Assembly: GCA_963800635.1 (NCBI GenBank)
Contig: CAWDCB010000018.1
Span: 59,033 to 123,032 of the forward strand
Direction of reading: 5' to 3'
DNA from: an uncultured Chitinophagaceae bacterium
GTDB lineage: Bacteria; Bacteroidota; Bacteroidia; Chitinophagales; Chitinophagaceae
DNA length: 64,000 bases
The notes under the pieces: model-generated
Told to the model about the DNA's origin: nothing
What the model saw: the letters and a program-made list of their open reading frames with translations, nothing else
Databases searched by the model: none
Shown here: positions 19,264 through 29,987 of the stretch, one piece after another
How the letters are laid out: every line of letters starts with the position of its first letter
Position numbering within the stretch: position 1 is the first letter of the stretch
Translations under genes and position numbers: made by a program

Positions 19264-22200
19264 ATGAAAAAGACATACTTTTTTAAAGGCTTGTTTATGC
19301 TGGTATTAGGTATAAACATACAGGCTGCGCAGGCCCAAAATTTTAACCTGGTAGACATCAATAAAATAAAAAATTCTAATCCGGCTAACGACCAATACGC
19401 TGCATTGAACATGTTTGCCGAATTAAATGGCGTTTTTTATTTTTCAGCCGACGATGGAATTCACGGTACTGAATTATGGAGCAGCGACGGTACTCGTGCC
19501 GGCACTCAACTGGTCAAAGATATTAATCCCGGCACTGCATCATCAAGTCCTGGTGATATCACCGTTTCAGGTGGTAGAATTTATTTTACCGCTATTGTCA
19601 ACAACATCCAACAACTTTGGACATCTGATGGAACCGCCGGCGGCACTAAACGGCTGGCTGACTTATTTGTGGAAGGGCCGAGTACTTATCCAAATCCTAA
19701 TTATTTAACAGATGTGAACGGCACCTTATACTTTTTTAATGCATATTCGAATTTTAATGTCAGCCCTTACAGCATTATCCAGTTATGGAAATCCGATGGC
19801 ACCGAGGCCGGTACAACGATGATTACCGACCTCGTATCTCAATTCAATGTGGATTATGTAAGATACCTGGTGAATGTTAACGGCAGGCTGTTTTTTGTTT
19901 TATATGACGGTGACCTGGGGACGGAACTTTATACAAGTGATGGAACCGCGGAAGGCACCACCATGGTAACCGATATTAATCCAAATCCCTTTGCGGGCAG
20001 TTATCCATCTCATTTAACAGTTTTAAATGGATTACTGTATTTTTCTGCAGATGATGGTACAGGTGGTAAACTCTGGATATCGGATGGAACAGCAGAAGGA
20101 ACGCACGCAGCTAATAACATTAATAATATTAATACTCCTATAGACTATTATATTTTTGAGCCGTTACAACCATTTGCAGTAAAAAATAATGTCTTATTCT
20201 TCCAGGGCAGTACAGCCGACTTAGGATACGAATTGGCCAGCTACGACCCATCAAATACCAATAACAATGTAAAAATTGTAAAAGATATAAGCCCCGGCTT
20301 AAATAGTTCATATCCCAGCTTTATTACGAATGTAAATAATACCTTGTTTTTTACAATTGGCCCCGCCGGTGAAGATGCTGAACTTTGGAAGTCGGATGGT
20401 ACTGAAACAGGGACCGTTTTAGTAAAAGATATCAATCCCGGAGGCGAAAACTTTTATAGTAACCTTATTAATATTAATAGTACTCTATTTTTTACTTATG
20501 GTGATAACGTTTTAGGAACGGAGCTTTGGAAAAGTGATGGCACTGGTGCCGGTACCACACTTGTAAAAGACATTTTACCAGGCCCTTTAAGTTCATTTCC
20601 CCAATATCTCACTTATAAAAATGCTAATTTTATTTTTAGTGCAACTGACGGGAAAAAAGGTACGGAGCTATGGAAAAGTGATGGCAGTGAAGCCGGTACA
20701 ACCATAGTCAAAAATATTAATGAGACCGCGACATCATCGTCTTATCCTTATGGCTTTGTTGCTGCCGCAAATAATAAAGTTACTTTTAGCGCTTACGATG
20801 GAAATGAGTATGATGTATTCGCAACAGATGGCTCCGACGCGGGTACCAAACCAATCAGTTTATCTGGCTATTCAAATCCTGTCAAGTTTAAAAATGAAAT
20901 CTGGTTTCTTGGCGATTCCGCTCGTTTATGGAAAACGAACGGGACAAAAGCCGGGACCTCCGTCTTACCAATACCGGGTTTTGTAGACTATTCAACCGGG
21001 TATATAACCGATATCATAGCAACAGAAACTTCTATATATATTGTGACATTTGATTTCACAACAAATATGCAAACTTTATGGAGAACGGATGGTACTACCG
21101 CCGGTACCTATATTATTAAATCAGACTTTGGCAGTTTCGATCTATACCCCGCAGTTATCGGAAATACTTTATTTTTTTCCTCCTATGCAAATGCAAATGG
21201 CGAATTGTGGAAAAGTGACGGTACCGTTGCGGGAACTACTTTGGTAAAACAAATCACGGCTCCTTTTACCTACACTCCGGTTCTTAACCTGACAAATTAT
21301 AATGGGAAGCTTTATTTCGTTGCTTCTAATAGTTATTATGGCGCCAGCTCGGACTTTATTTATACCTTTTGGACCTCAGACGGAACAGAAGCAGGTACTA
21401 AGATCGTTAAACCTGTATCAATATTTGTGGACTTTAGTACTAACACCCTATTTGCACAGGGTAACGGCAAATTGTTTTTCTACGCTCTTAATCCTATAAC
21501 AAAGGGCTATGAATTGTTTGCAAGTGATGGCACCGCCAGTGGAACCCGGCTCGTAAAGGATATCAACAAAGGACCCACTTCATCGTCTGTTAATTCTCTT
21601 ATAAGCGGGGATACGCTTGTGTACTTTGTTGCAGACGATGGCAAACATGGTTTAGAGCTGTGGAAATCGAATGGTACAAAGGCAGGGACCAGGCTGGTTA
21701 AGGACATTAGCGCCGGTATCAACAGTTCCTCTCTTATGAATATGGTGAACGCACCGCACGACAAATTATTTTTTACGATTAATGACACACTCTGGCAAAG
21801 CGATGGCACCAAAAAAAATACCCATCCCGTAGAAGACCCGGCTCTTAAAGGTGTAAGCCAAATCGGCAGCTTAACGGTAGTCGGTGACCAGCTGTATTTT
21901 TCAGGGTATACTTATGCGGCCGGCCTGGAATTATACGTTGGCAATACTTTAGGCGCCTTTGCCCCTGTATCAATGATTACTGATAATACTATTATTTCAA
22001 AACCTAATAGTGATTTATTTACAGCAAAATTATTGACTAACCCTGTTAATGACCAGTTGAAATTTACAGTGAATGTAAAAGATATGCAAACTACGCACGT
22101 GATGATTATGGATATCTCGGGCAGAATATTGAAATCTGATAAACGAACCTTATCTCCGGGAACTAATATGTTTTTTTACAACACCGGTACCTGGGCACAA

Positions 22201-22266
22201 GGTATATATATGATCAGAATCGCAACTGAGAATGGTTTTACTTCTGTATTAAAAGCAGTAAAATGA
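19264..22266 (+). CDS. ELWxxDGT-repeat protein with T9SS type A C-terminal domain
   Basis: More than 12 ELW(K/S)SDGT..GT..VKDI repeats; signal peptide; C-terminal NP..DISGR..GIYMIRI..K. Confidence 0.93.
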   Translation: MKKTYFFKGLFMLVLGINIQAAQAQNFNLVDINKIKNSNPANDQYAALNMFAELNGVFYFSADDGIHGTELWSSDGTRAGTQLVKDINPGTASSSPGDITVSGGRIYFTAIVNNIQQLWTSDGTAGGTKRLADLFVEGPSTYPNPNYLTDVNGTLYFFNAYSNFNVSPYSIIQLWKSDGTEAGTTMITDLVSQFNVDYVRYLVNVNGRLFFVLYDGDLGTELYTSDGTAEGTTMVTDINPNPFAGSYPSHLTVLNGLLYFSADDGTGGKLWISDGTAEGTHAANNINNINTPIDYYIFEPLQPFAVKNNVLFFQGSTADLGYELASYDPSNTNNNVKIVKDISPGLNSSYPSFITNVNNTLFFTIGPAGEDAELWKSDGTETGTVLVKDINPGGENFYSNLININSTLFFTYGDNVLGTELWKSDGTGAGTTLVKDILPGPLSSFPQYLTYKNANFIFSATDGKKGTELWKSDGSEAGTTIVKNINETATSSSYPYGFVAAANNKVTFSAYDGNEYDVFATDGSDAGTKPISLSGYSNPVKFKNEIWFLGDSARLWKTNGTKAGTSVLPIPGFVDYSTGYITDIIATETSIYIVTFDFTTNMQTLWRTDGTTAGTYIIKSDFGSFDLYPAVIGNTLFFSSYANANGELWKSDGTVAGTTLVKQITAPFTYTPVLNLTNYNGKLYFVASNSYYGASSDFIYTFWTSDGTEAGTKIVKPVSIFVDFSTNTLFAQGNGKLFFYALNPITKGYELFASDGTASGTRLVKDINKGPTSSSVNSLISGDTLVYFVADDGKHGLELWKSNGTKAGTRLVKDISAGINSSSLMNMVNAPHDKLFFTINDTLWQSDGTKKNTHPVEDPALKGVSQIGSLTVVGDQLYFSGYTYAAGLELYVGNTLGAFAPVSMITDNTIISKPNSDLFTAKLLTNPVNDQLKFTVNVKDMQTTHVMIMDISGRILKSDKRTLSPGTNMFFYNTGTWAQGIYMIRIATENGFTSVLKAVK

Positions 22267-22280
22267 AATTGGGCAATACT

Positions 22281-22314
22281 AAAACCCCGGATGTTATAAT
22301 AGCCTCCGGGGTTT
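22281..22314 (+). terminator. Hairpin downstream of ELWxxDGT gene 1
   Basis: AAACCCCGGA..TCCGGGGTTT. Confidence 0.6.
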
Positions 22315-22499
22315 CAGCAGCAAGGAGTACCGGCATCGATTGACTCACCGCGATGGTATGGTTTTACTTTACAATAGCCGGCTCCCTGGCAACCGGCGGT
22401 GCTGTTACAGATCAAATGAAATTTTTGGTTATGTAAAATGCCACACATCTTATACTATTTCCTGATGCTTTGAAATTTAATAACAAAAAAACAATTACA

Positions 22500-25400
22500 A
22501 TGAAAACAAAACAATTACTTCTTTGCTTGTTATTGCTAACCTTTACAGGGCTTTCAGTTATTGCACAAGATGCGACTAATAAACATCTTTCGGCCAAAGA
22601 CAATATACCCTTTGGCAAAAAATTGCCGCCACCTGATCTTACCCGGGATGCAGTCAAATCGTTGCCACAGATAATGCATTCTGATAAAAATACTTCTTTA
22701 ATGCCGGGTATCCATCATCCTGATATCAATACGATAAAGAAAAACCTAGATGATTACAAACAGCAACTGAAGAACAATAAAAGCAGTGGCTCAAAGTCTT
22801 CTCAGGTTGATGTCACCGGTGCTATGGGCAGGCATCACCATTCCGGCAATTCAGGCTTCCATCTCACAAAAGATATAAATGCACTTTCAGAAAGCAACCC
22901 GGCCAACCATTCTGATTGGTATGTAAATACTTCCTATGCAATCCTTAACCAGGTTATGTATTTTGCCGCTGACGATGGCGTTCACGGTAATGAGCTATGG
23001 CGCAGCGATGGAAGCGACACAGGAACTTTTATGGTAAAAGATATTGAGCCAGGCACTGCCTCTTCTAACCCAATTGAAATTACGGAAGCAAATGGCAAAA
23101 TATACTTTTCTTCAACCACCTCACCTTACGGGCAAGAACCCTGGGTTTCTGATGGAACAGAAAGCGGAACACAGGTACTTGGTTACATCGTTAATTACAA
23201 CATATCGCCGGCAGAATTTACTGCAATGGGCAACAAGGTTTATTTCGCTTCAAGCGTAAATGATTATATGGATGCCCTTTGGGAAACTGATGGAACGCCT
23301 GTGGGTACTAAAATGGTAAAGAGCCTTGGGATAGACCCCGGAGGTTATGGAATATCTCAACTGGTAAATGCAAGCGGCCTTTTATATTTTACTTTTATTA
23401 GCTATACCACCGGTGCTTATGAACTCTGGAGAAGCTGATGGTACAGACGCAGGTACCTACCATATAGGCACAAATGCATTTTTTTATAACAACTTTCCGC
23501 TTCAGTTAACAAGTTATAATGACAAGCTTTACTTTTCCGCAGATGACGGAACTGGTAGCAAATTATGGGTAACAGATGGCACTGATGCAGGCACTACACC
23601 TGCGCCTGGTAATAATGATGTATTGATAAATTCAGATGGTAATTTAGGAACCCCTTTTCCTGTTATTAATAATGTTTTATATATACCCGGGTCTTCACCA
23701 ACAACCGGTAACGGATTATATAAATATGATGCATCGAACACGGACGGATTTATATTAGTTAAAGACCTTACCGCAGATTCCGATCCCGATTTTATTTCTT
23801 CTACAGAAATGAAAGTAGTAGATAATATTCTCTACTTTAAAGTAACCAACTATAACGGTGGCTTGCATGATGAGCTATGGAACTCAAAAGGAACAGAAGC
23901 GTCTACAAAGCTAATAACCAAATTTCTACCCGGAGAAACAATCAACGATATATATAGCGGAAACAACACTTTGTATTTTGTAAAACATGATAAATTTTTG
24001 GGCACCGAATTGTGGAAAGTTGTAAATACTGTTTTTGGCACATTTCCCCTGCCGGTAGATAATATTTTTAGAGGATCTGCGGGTTCTTATCCGGGTTATC
24101 TAACGGCTTTAAATGGCAAACTATTCTTTAGCGCCGCCGATGAGAAAAAAGGAAACGAGCTTTTTATGACCAACAGTTTTGCTTTCGGGACAACGCTGGT
24201 AAAAGACATTAACACTGTTTCTACTTCAGGTTCTAACGCGGGATTTTATACCAATACATTGGCCCCATTTGGTAATGGCGCGATATTCAGCGCATCTGAC
24301 AGAGCCCATGGTATTGAGGTGTATACATCTGACGGAACTGAAAAGGGTACATTTTTACTGAACGATATCATTCACGGCGAGGGATCTTCTAACCCCGGTA
24401 ATTATTGGGTGAAAAACAAATTGGCTTATTTTATTGCCGCAAGCAGCGATACCACGGATTGTATTTTTAAAACAAACGGCAGAAAGGAGGGGCTGCAAAA
24501 GGTTATTCCTGACTACAATTTTGCGCAATATTATCCACAGGATTTTCATGTGGCAGATAATAATATTGTATTTTATGTGTTACTCAATTATACTACTTAC
24601 ACTAATGAGTTGTGGCGTACTGATGGTACGAATACAGGTACTTTTTTACTGTCATCAACGCTTTCTTCCGGTTATAGTCTAAATGTTGTTGATAACACCG
24701 CTTTTTTCGTTGGTGGTGATGCGACAAATGGCTACGAATTATGGAAGAGTGATGGAAGCATAGCTGGCACTGGCATAGTGAAGGATATTAACCCTGGCCC
24801 GGGTAACTCGAATCCCACTGGTATGTTTATCTATAAAAAAGAAGTGTACTTCGCCGCTGATAATGGTACTGGCCCCTCATTCTGGAAATCTGATGGAACA
24901 AGCACCGGTACTATTCAACTGGCTATGATAGACCCATGGTATACTTCCTCTGTTGTTAATACAGCACGTATTTATTTTGAGATTTCAAATAACATCCTTT
25001 ATTTCGCGGCGATAGACTATACCAATACAAATGGTAGCCAACTTTACAGAACGGATGGTACTGTTGCAGGTACCTATGCGCTAAAAGATATCAGTCCCAA
25101 TGCCGACAGTTTTTACCCATTTCCTACTTATTTTACAGATGTGAACGGCACAGTATTTTTTATCGGCGACGATGGTCTGAGCGGGGCTGAGCTTTGGAAA
25201 ACTGATGGCACAGAAAAGGGAACTCAGCTTGTAAAAGATATCACACCCGGACCCGACCCAAGCAGTTTAGCAAATCTCATAAGTTTTGGCGGAAAATTAT
25301 ATTTTACGAATAGCGGTATCCTCTGGTCATCCGATGGCACTGCGAATGGTACAATACCGGTTGATGATAACGTAATCAGTGAGGTGCAGATTCAGAACAT

Positions 25401-25785
25401 TATTGCAACACCTGATAAACTCTTTTTGGCAGGATATACTTATCAATATGGTTATGAACTTTATGCAGGTAAAGTAAATGATCAAACAGAAAAATTTGCG
25501 GTATCAAAAACTACCAACATAATAGATCAGGCAATTATGCCTTTCAGTGCAGTATTGTATCCCAATCCATCAGTTTCAAACGCCACATTGCAAATAACGG
25601 GAGATATAAGAAATGATGTATCGGTATCGATTTCGGATATCAGCGGGAAAAAATTGTGGCAAGCTAATAATGATAGTAAAGTACGATTCGTAAATCTTCC
25701 TACAGAAAAATATGCAGCAGGTATTTATATCGTTACCGTAACAAACGGCACAGAAAGCAAAACGATAAAGATGGTAAAACGATAA
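22500..25785 (+). CDS. Second ELWxxDGT-repeat T9SS cargo protein (single +1 indel at ~23435)
   Basis: The ELWRS|DGT motif is cut exactly by the frameshift; C-terminal LYPNPS..DISGK..AGIYIV..KMVKR. Confidence 0.92.
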
Positions 25786-25797
25786 GCTAAAAACATG

Positions 25798-25825
25798 GAG
25801 GCCAGAAATTCTGGCCTCTTTTTTT
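25798..25825 (+). terminator. Intrinsic terminator
   Basis: GAGGCCAGAAATTCTGGCCTC plus T-tract. Confidence 0.88.
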
Positions 25826-25918
25826 CATCCTAATATCCGGCAGGCAAAACGGTGAAAAGATTGTAAAAGAGTAAAAAATAAAATAAAACTTTTCAACTGA
25901 AATAACGCCTCGGGAAGT

Positions 25919-26070
25919 TTATTTATACAAAATTTCGTAACACTCATTAGCCATTCTGTTACTGTCAAATGCAAACTGAACATCCAGCATTCCGTTCTTA
26001 CAATTGGCCTCCACGTTCAAACTTATCATAACAGAGGGGCAAAATTTAATTTTCCAGAATATCGTAGAGC
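25919..26070 (-). pseudogene. Degenerate duplicate of the glgP 3' end
   Basis: Direct repeat of 27144-27297; translates KNGMLDVQFAFDSNRMANECYEILYK vs KNGMRDVQFAFDSNRMANEYYEILYR. Confidence 0.88.
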
Positions 26071-26383
26071 CGGACGGGCCATAATGTGTGAACACATTAA
26101 TAGAAATAAAAGATGACAGCATTATAAGTAATACTCAAGCCACTTTTCATTAATAACCTGCCATCTTCTAAACAGCACTGATTATCCACTCATTCCCTTT
26201 CATACTTATTGCAAAGAATAATATTTTTGAAGGCGAATAAAATAAAGACTCATTTATTCCATTAAAATATCATTTACCAGAAGTCGCTATTACCCCAATA
26301 TTGCACGATGATTAATACTGCCCGAGTGGGGATTCCGATGTTGTACAACTTAAATATTTTTTCACTATAAACATTTATCAATT

Positions 26384-26923
26384 ATGAATTTAACCTCAAA
26401 GGCATCTTTTCTTGCCTACCTCGCACGTTACAATCCCCGGCTATGGGAAATTGTACATCCACATGAACCCGTTCTTTCAGTAGGTACACGTCATGTAATG
26501 GTTTCAATGGCGCTCAAGTCGATTACTAAAGAGATAAAAGATCCCAACATTGCAAAAGAGCTCCAATGGGCTTCAAAAAGCCTTTTCAACGCAGGTGTTC
26601 AATCTATGAGCTATGACGATGACGATTGGTGCCCTCTTATACCAAGACATCACTTTGACACGCATGGGCCATCGCCCGAACCGTGGGTGAGGATTTTTGG
26701 TGGTGAAGAAGTGATGCTCAATCCGCAGCCCTTGCCTCCTAAAGAGCAGGCGTATTACGGAGCTATTTTAACCACGCTGGCTGATGCAGTTTCTTTTGAA
26801 AATTTTCCGGACGTTTTACGCAACATTGGAACTTCCCTGATGGAGAGTTATTCAAGAGAGACAAACGAAAATGCCCTCTCTGAAGCTCCATCTTTTTCAA
26901 AAATGGAAACCGGTAACAATTAA
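26384..26923 (+). CDS. Hypothetical protein with DDDDWCP, PSPEPW and LNPQPLPP motifs
   Basis: Intact 179-aa ORF with a downstream terminator at 27023-27058. Confidence 0.75.
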   Translation: MNLTSKASFLAYLARYNPRLWEIVHPHEPVLSVGTRHVMVSMALKSITKEIKDPNIAKELQWASKSLFNAGVQSMSYDDDDWCPLIPRHHFDTHGPSPEPWVRIFGGEEVMLNPQPLPPKEQAYYGAILTTLADAVSFENFPDVLRNIGTSLMESYSRETNENALSEAPSFSKMETGNN

Positions 26924-26941
26924 ACCGCTGAAGCCTGGTGT

Positions 26942-26983
26942 CAGCTATGAGCCGTCAGCGATCAGCTATCAGCGATCAGCTAT
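26942..26983. repeat. Heptamer tandem repeat (CAGCTAT/CAGCGAT)
   Basis: cagctatgagccgtcagcgatcagctatcagcgatcagctat; similar tract at 36445-36476. Confidence 0.7.
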
Positions 26984-27143
26984 TTGCAAGAATTCATGCA
27001 TGCAAAAATATGTAACGTAACAGGGCCTCCGCTTTTTATAAAGCCCGGAGGCTCTTTTACCTTAAAATATCTTCACCAATATCTATACATCACCAGGAGG
27101 GTTGATAACAAATACATCGGCTTTTACTCTTCCGGTGAGGGAT

Positions 27144-28797
27144 TTATCTATATAAGATTTCATAATACTCATTAGCCATCCGGTTACTGTCAAATGCAAA
27201 CTGAACATCTCTCATACCGTTTTTTACAATTTGCCGCCACGTTTCGAACTTATCATAATAGATGGGCAATATTTCATTTTCCAAAATATCGTAAAGCTGG
27301 TTCAGGTCATAATTATCCTGTTCTTCAACATGCATATTCATATAATCTGCCGGCGGGACTACAAAACCATTGTTGCCATTATTGATAAATTCGCAAATCC
27401 ATCCATCATTGGTGCTAAGGTTCACGGCCCCATTCATTGCCGCCGTCATACCACTTGTTCCACTGGCCTCGCGTGGTACCCTTGGATTATTCAACCATAC
27501 ATCCGCGCACTGTTTCAGGCGTTTGCTAAGAGTAAGCTCATAGCCGGTGCATACCGCCACATTTTTATATTGCTTGCTAAGGCTAACAAGATGATTGAAA
27601 TCGTTTATGGCAGGGAAATCAAGCGGATAGGGTTTTCCTGCCCAGATAATCTGCACCGGGTATTTTTCGTTATGTAACAACGCCTCAAAGCGTTTATGGT
27701 CCCTCGTTAGTAATTCAGCTCTTTTGTAGCCTGCAAATCTTCTTGCCCATACAATGGTAAGTACTTTAGGATCCAGCACCTTTCCCGTTTGATCTGCTAC
27801 GATTTCAAAAGCTCTTTTTTTAAGATAGGCTTTACGGTCATCAAACCATCCATCATTTTGCACTTCTTTAGCGCGATAAAATTGTTTATCGGCCCAATAC
27901 CGCCAGTTTTGAGCATTGGTTATGGATTTTATTTCACAGATATCTTCATACTTCTTCCACATTTGCCTGCTTACCTCGCCATGTAGCTGCGAAACACCAT
28001 TGGCCAGGTGTGCAAACCGGAGTGCCGCCAGTGAATGGTTGAAAAGATTATCCGTCATGCCGGTCAATTCCCTTACCTGGTCTAGTGGCATTCCACAGAA
28101 GTAACTCATTTGCTCGCAAAGAAAAATGTCATGCTTTTCATTCCCGGCTTCTTCGGGCGTATGCGTGGTGAACACAAGCCGTTTTTTTACTTCCTCTTTA
28201 TTACCAAATTTTTTATACAAATAAAATGCAGCGCTTACCCCGTGTGCTTCATTAAGATGATAGAGATCAGGATTAAAATTAAGTTCATCCAGAAGCTTGC
28301 AGCCACCAACGCCCAGCAAAATGAATTGGGCAATTTTTGTTGCGGCGTTTCCATCATACAGCCGGTTAGTAATTGTTTTGGACACATAATCATTTTCCGC
28401 CACATCGGTACTTAATAAAAAAAGCGGTGCAGAATTAAATGTCTTTGGATTTAAATACCACACTTTAACCCATACCGGGTGATCATGAATCAGTATTTGG
28501 AAACGTATCCCTGTATCTTCAAGAAAATTGTAGATCTTTCTCAATCCATACTACCTTTAAGGTCTGATCCGCATTCCTGGCCTGGTCATAATATCCTTCT
28601 TTCCAGAGGATACCAATACCAATTAGATTTTGTTTCAGTTCATAAGCGCTTCTTAAATGCGAGCCGGACAGAAACCCAAGGCCTCCGCTATATATTTTTA
28701 ATGGCTGGTGAATAGCAAACTCCATCGAGAAATAGGCCACTTTCTTTGAATATCTTTCTACCGTTTCATAAGGAAGACTATAATTTTCAAAGCTCAT
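27144..28797 (-). CDS. glgP: Alpha-glucan (glycogen) phosphorylase (indel near 28530)
   Basis: AYFSMEF, YSGGLGFL, HLNEAH, ARRFAGYKR, EASGTSGM. Confidence 0.95.
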
Positions 28798-29283
28798 ATT
28801 TAGATCGTATAAATTTTAACAAGGGCGCAATATAAAGTAAAATTCAACAAATTAATATTTCTTGCAGTTTAAAGTGTCATTTTTACACAGAGTATAAACG
28901 TGAAACGCTTACAAATGTTTTCTCCCTGTGTATAATTTTGCAGGATTTAAAGAATGTGGATCATATTCTACATGTTCACATAAATGCTATATCATTCTTA
29001 TCAGCGCCATAATGAACAGGTACAGCGTTCCTCCGGCATATCTACTATTAGCGCTTTTTCGAACAGGCATTCTATATTCCAAACATCCTGCCATTCTAAT
29101 ATTATAGTATGTACTTCCGCCTTACATAAAATTGCAAGCACATTCCGGATAAATTTCATCTTGTAAAATTTTATGCCCTGCAGCATACTTTTAAGCTTTA
29201 GCGCCTTCATAACCTGCTGCCACGGGCGGTAATACTTTGACCTGGCAAATCGCCATAAAAAAATTTTCGCCTGTCAATTTAAA

Positions 29284-29303
29284 ATTTTAGATTTGCCTAA
29301 AAT
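29284..29303. promoter_or_regulatory. DtxR/MntR-type operator overlapping the -7 promoter element
   Basis: ATTTTAG-ATTTGC-CTAAAAT palindrome; TAGATTTG (TAnnTTTG) at 29288-29295. Confidence 0.8.
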
Positions 29304-29317
29304 AATTTTTAAGCAAT

Positions 29318-29987
29318 ATGAAATTTTCAGTAAGCGAAGAAAATTACATTAAAAGCATTTACAGGCTCCAGGGTGAAACGGAAAAAGTAAATACCAATTC
29401 ATTAGCCAGCTATCTCAATATGAGGGCTGCCTCTGTAACAGATATGCTGAAACGGCTGAAAACAAAAAAGCTGCTGGAATACAAAAAGTATTATGGGTTC
29501 AGGCTTAATGATTCAGGGAACAAGGAAGCTCTTAAAATAATAAGAAGGCACAGGCTTTGGGAATTTTTCCTTGTTACCAGGCTTGGTATGGAATGGGATA
29601 AAGTACATGCCATTGCTGAAGAGCTTGAACATGTAAGCAGCAACGACCTTATAAAAAGATTAGACAATTTCCTGGGCCAGCCGAAGATAGATCCGCATGG
29701 CGACCCGATACCAGATGCATATGGCAAAATGCCCGTTTTAAACCAGGTTTCGCTTAACAACTTTCCCCTTAAAAAAAACGGAGTCGTAAGCTCGGTGGGC
29801 AGCCAGACACAGCAGATGATGGAAATGCTGAATCATTACGGCATCACTATCGGTTCGCAAATTAAAGTACTGAAAGTATTCGAGTTTCGACGGATCTCTT
29901 CAAATTAAAATCTCAAAACAACCCGCCTGCATTATAAGTGAACAGGCTGCGCAAAATATTTTTGTTTATGATGATAACGAGAAATAA
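29318..29987 (+). CDS. mntR: DtxR/MntR family metal-dependent regulator (indel near 29888)
   Basis: EENYIKSIY, SVTDMLKRL, IIRRHRLWEFFL, AEELEH, DPHGDPIP; FeoA-like tail. Confidence 0.9.

Noticed and set aside
19264-25785. ELWxxDGT repeats as a diversity-generating or recombining cassette system
   Set aside because: The repeats are diverged at DNA level, and there is no RT, template/variable repeat pair or recombinase nearby.
29001-29210. 69-aa ORF between glgP and mntR
   Set aside because: No recognisable motif, so it cannot be supported as a gene.
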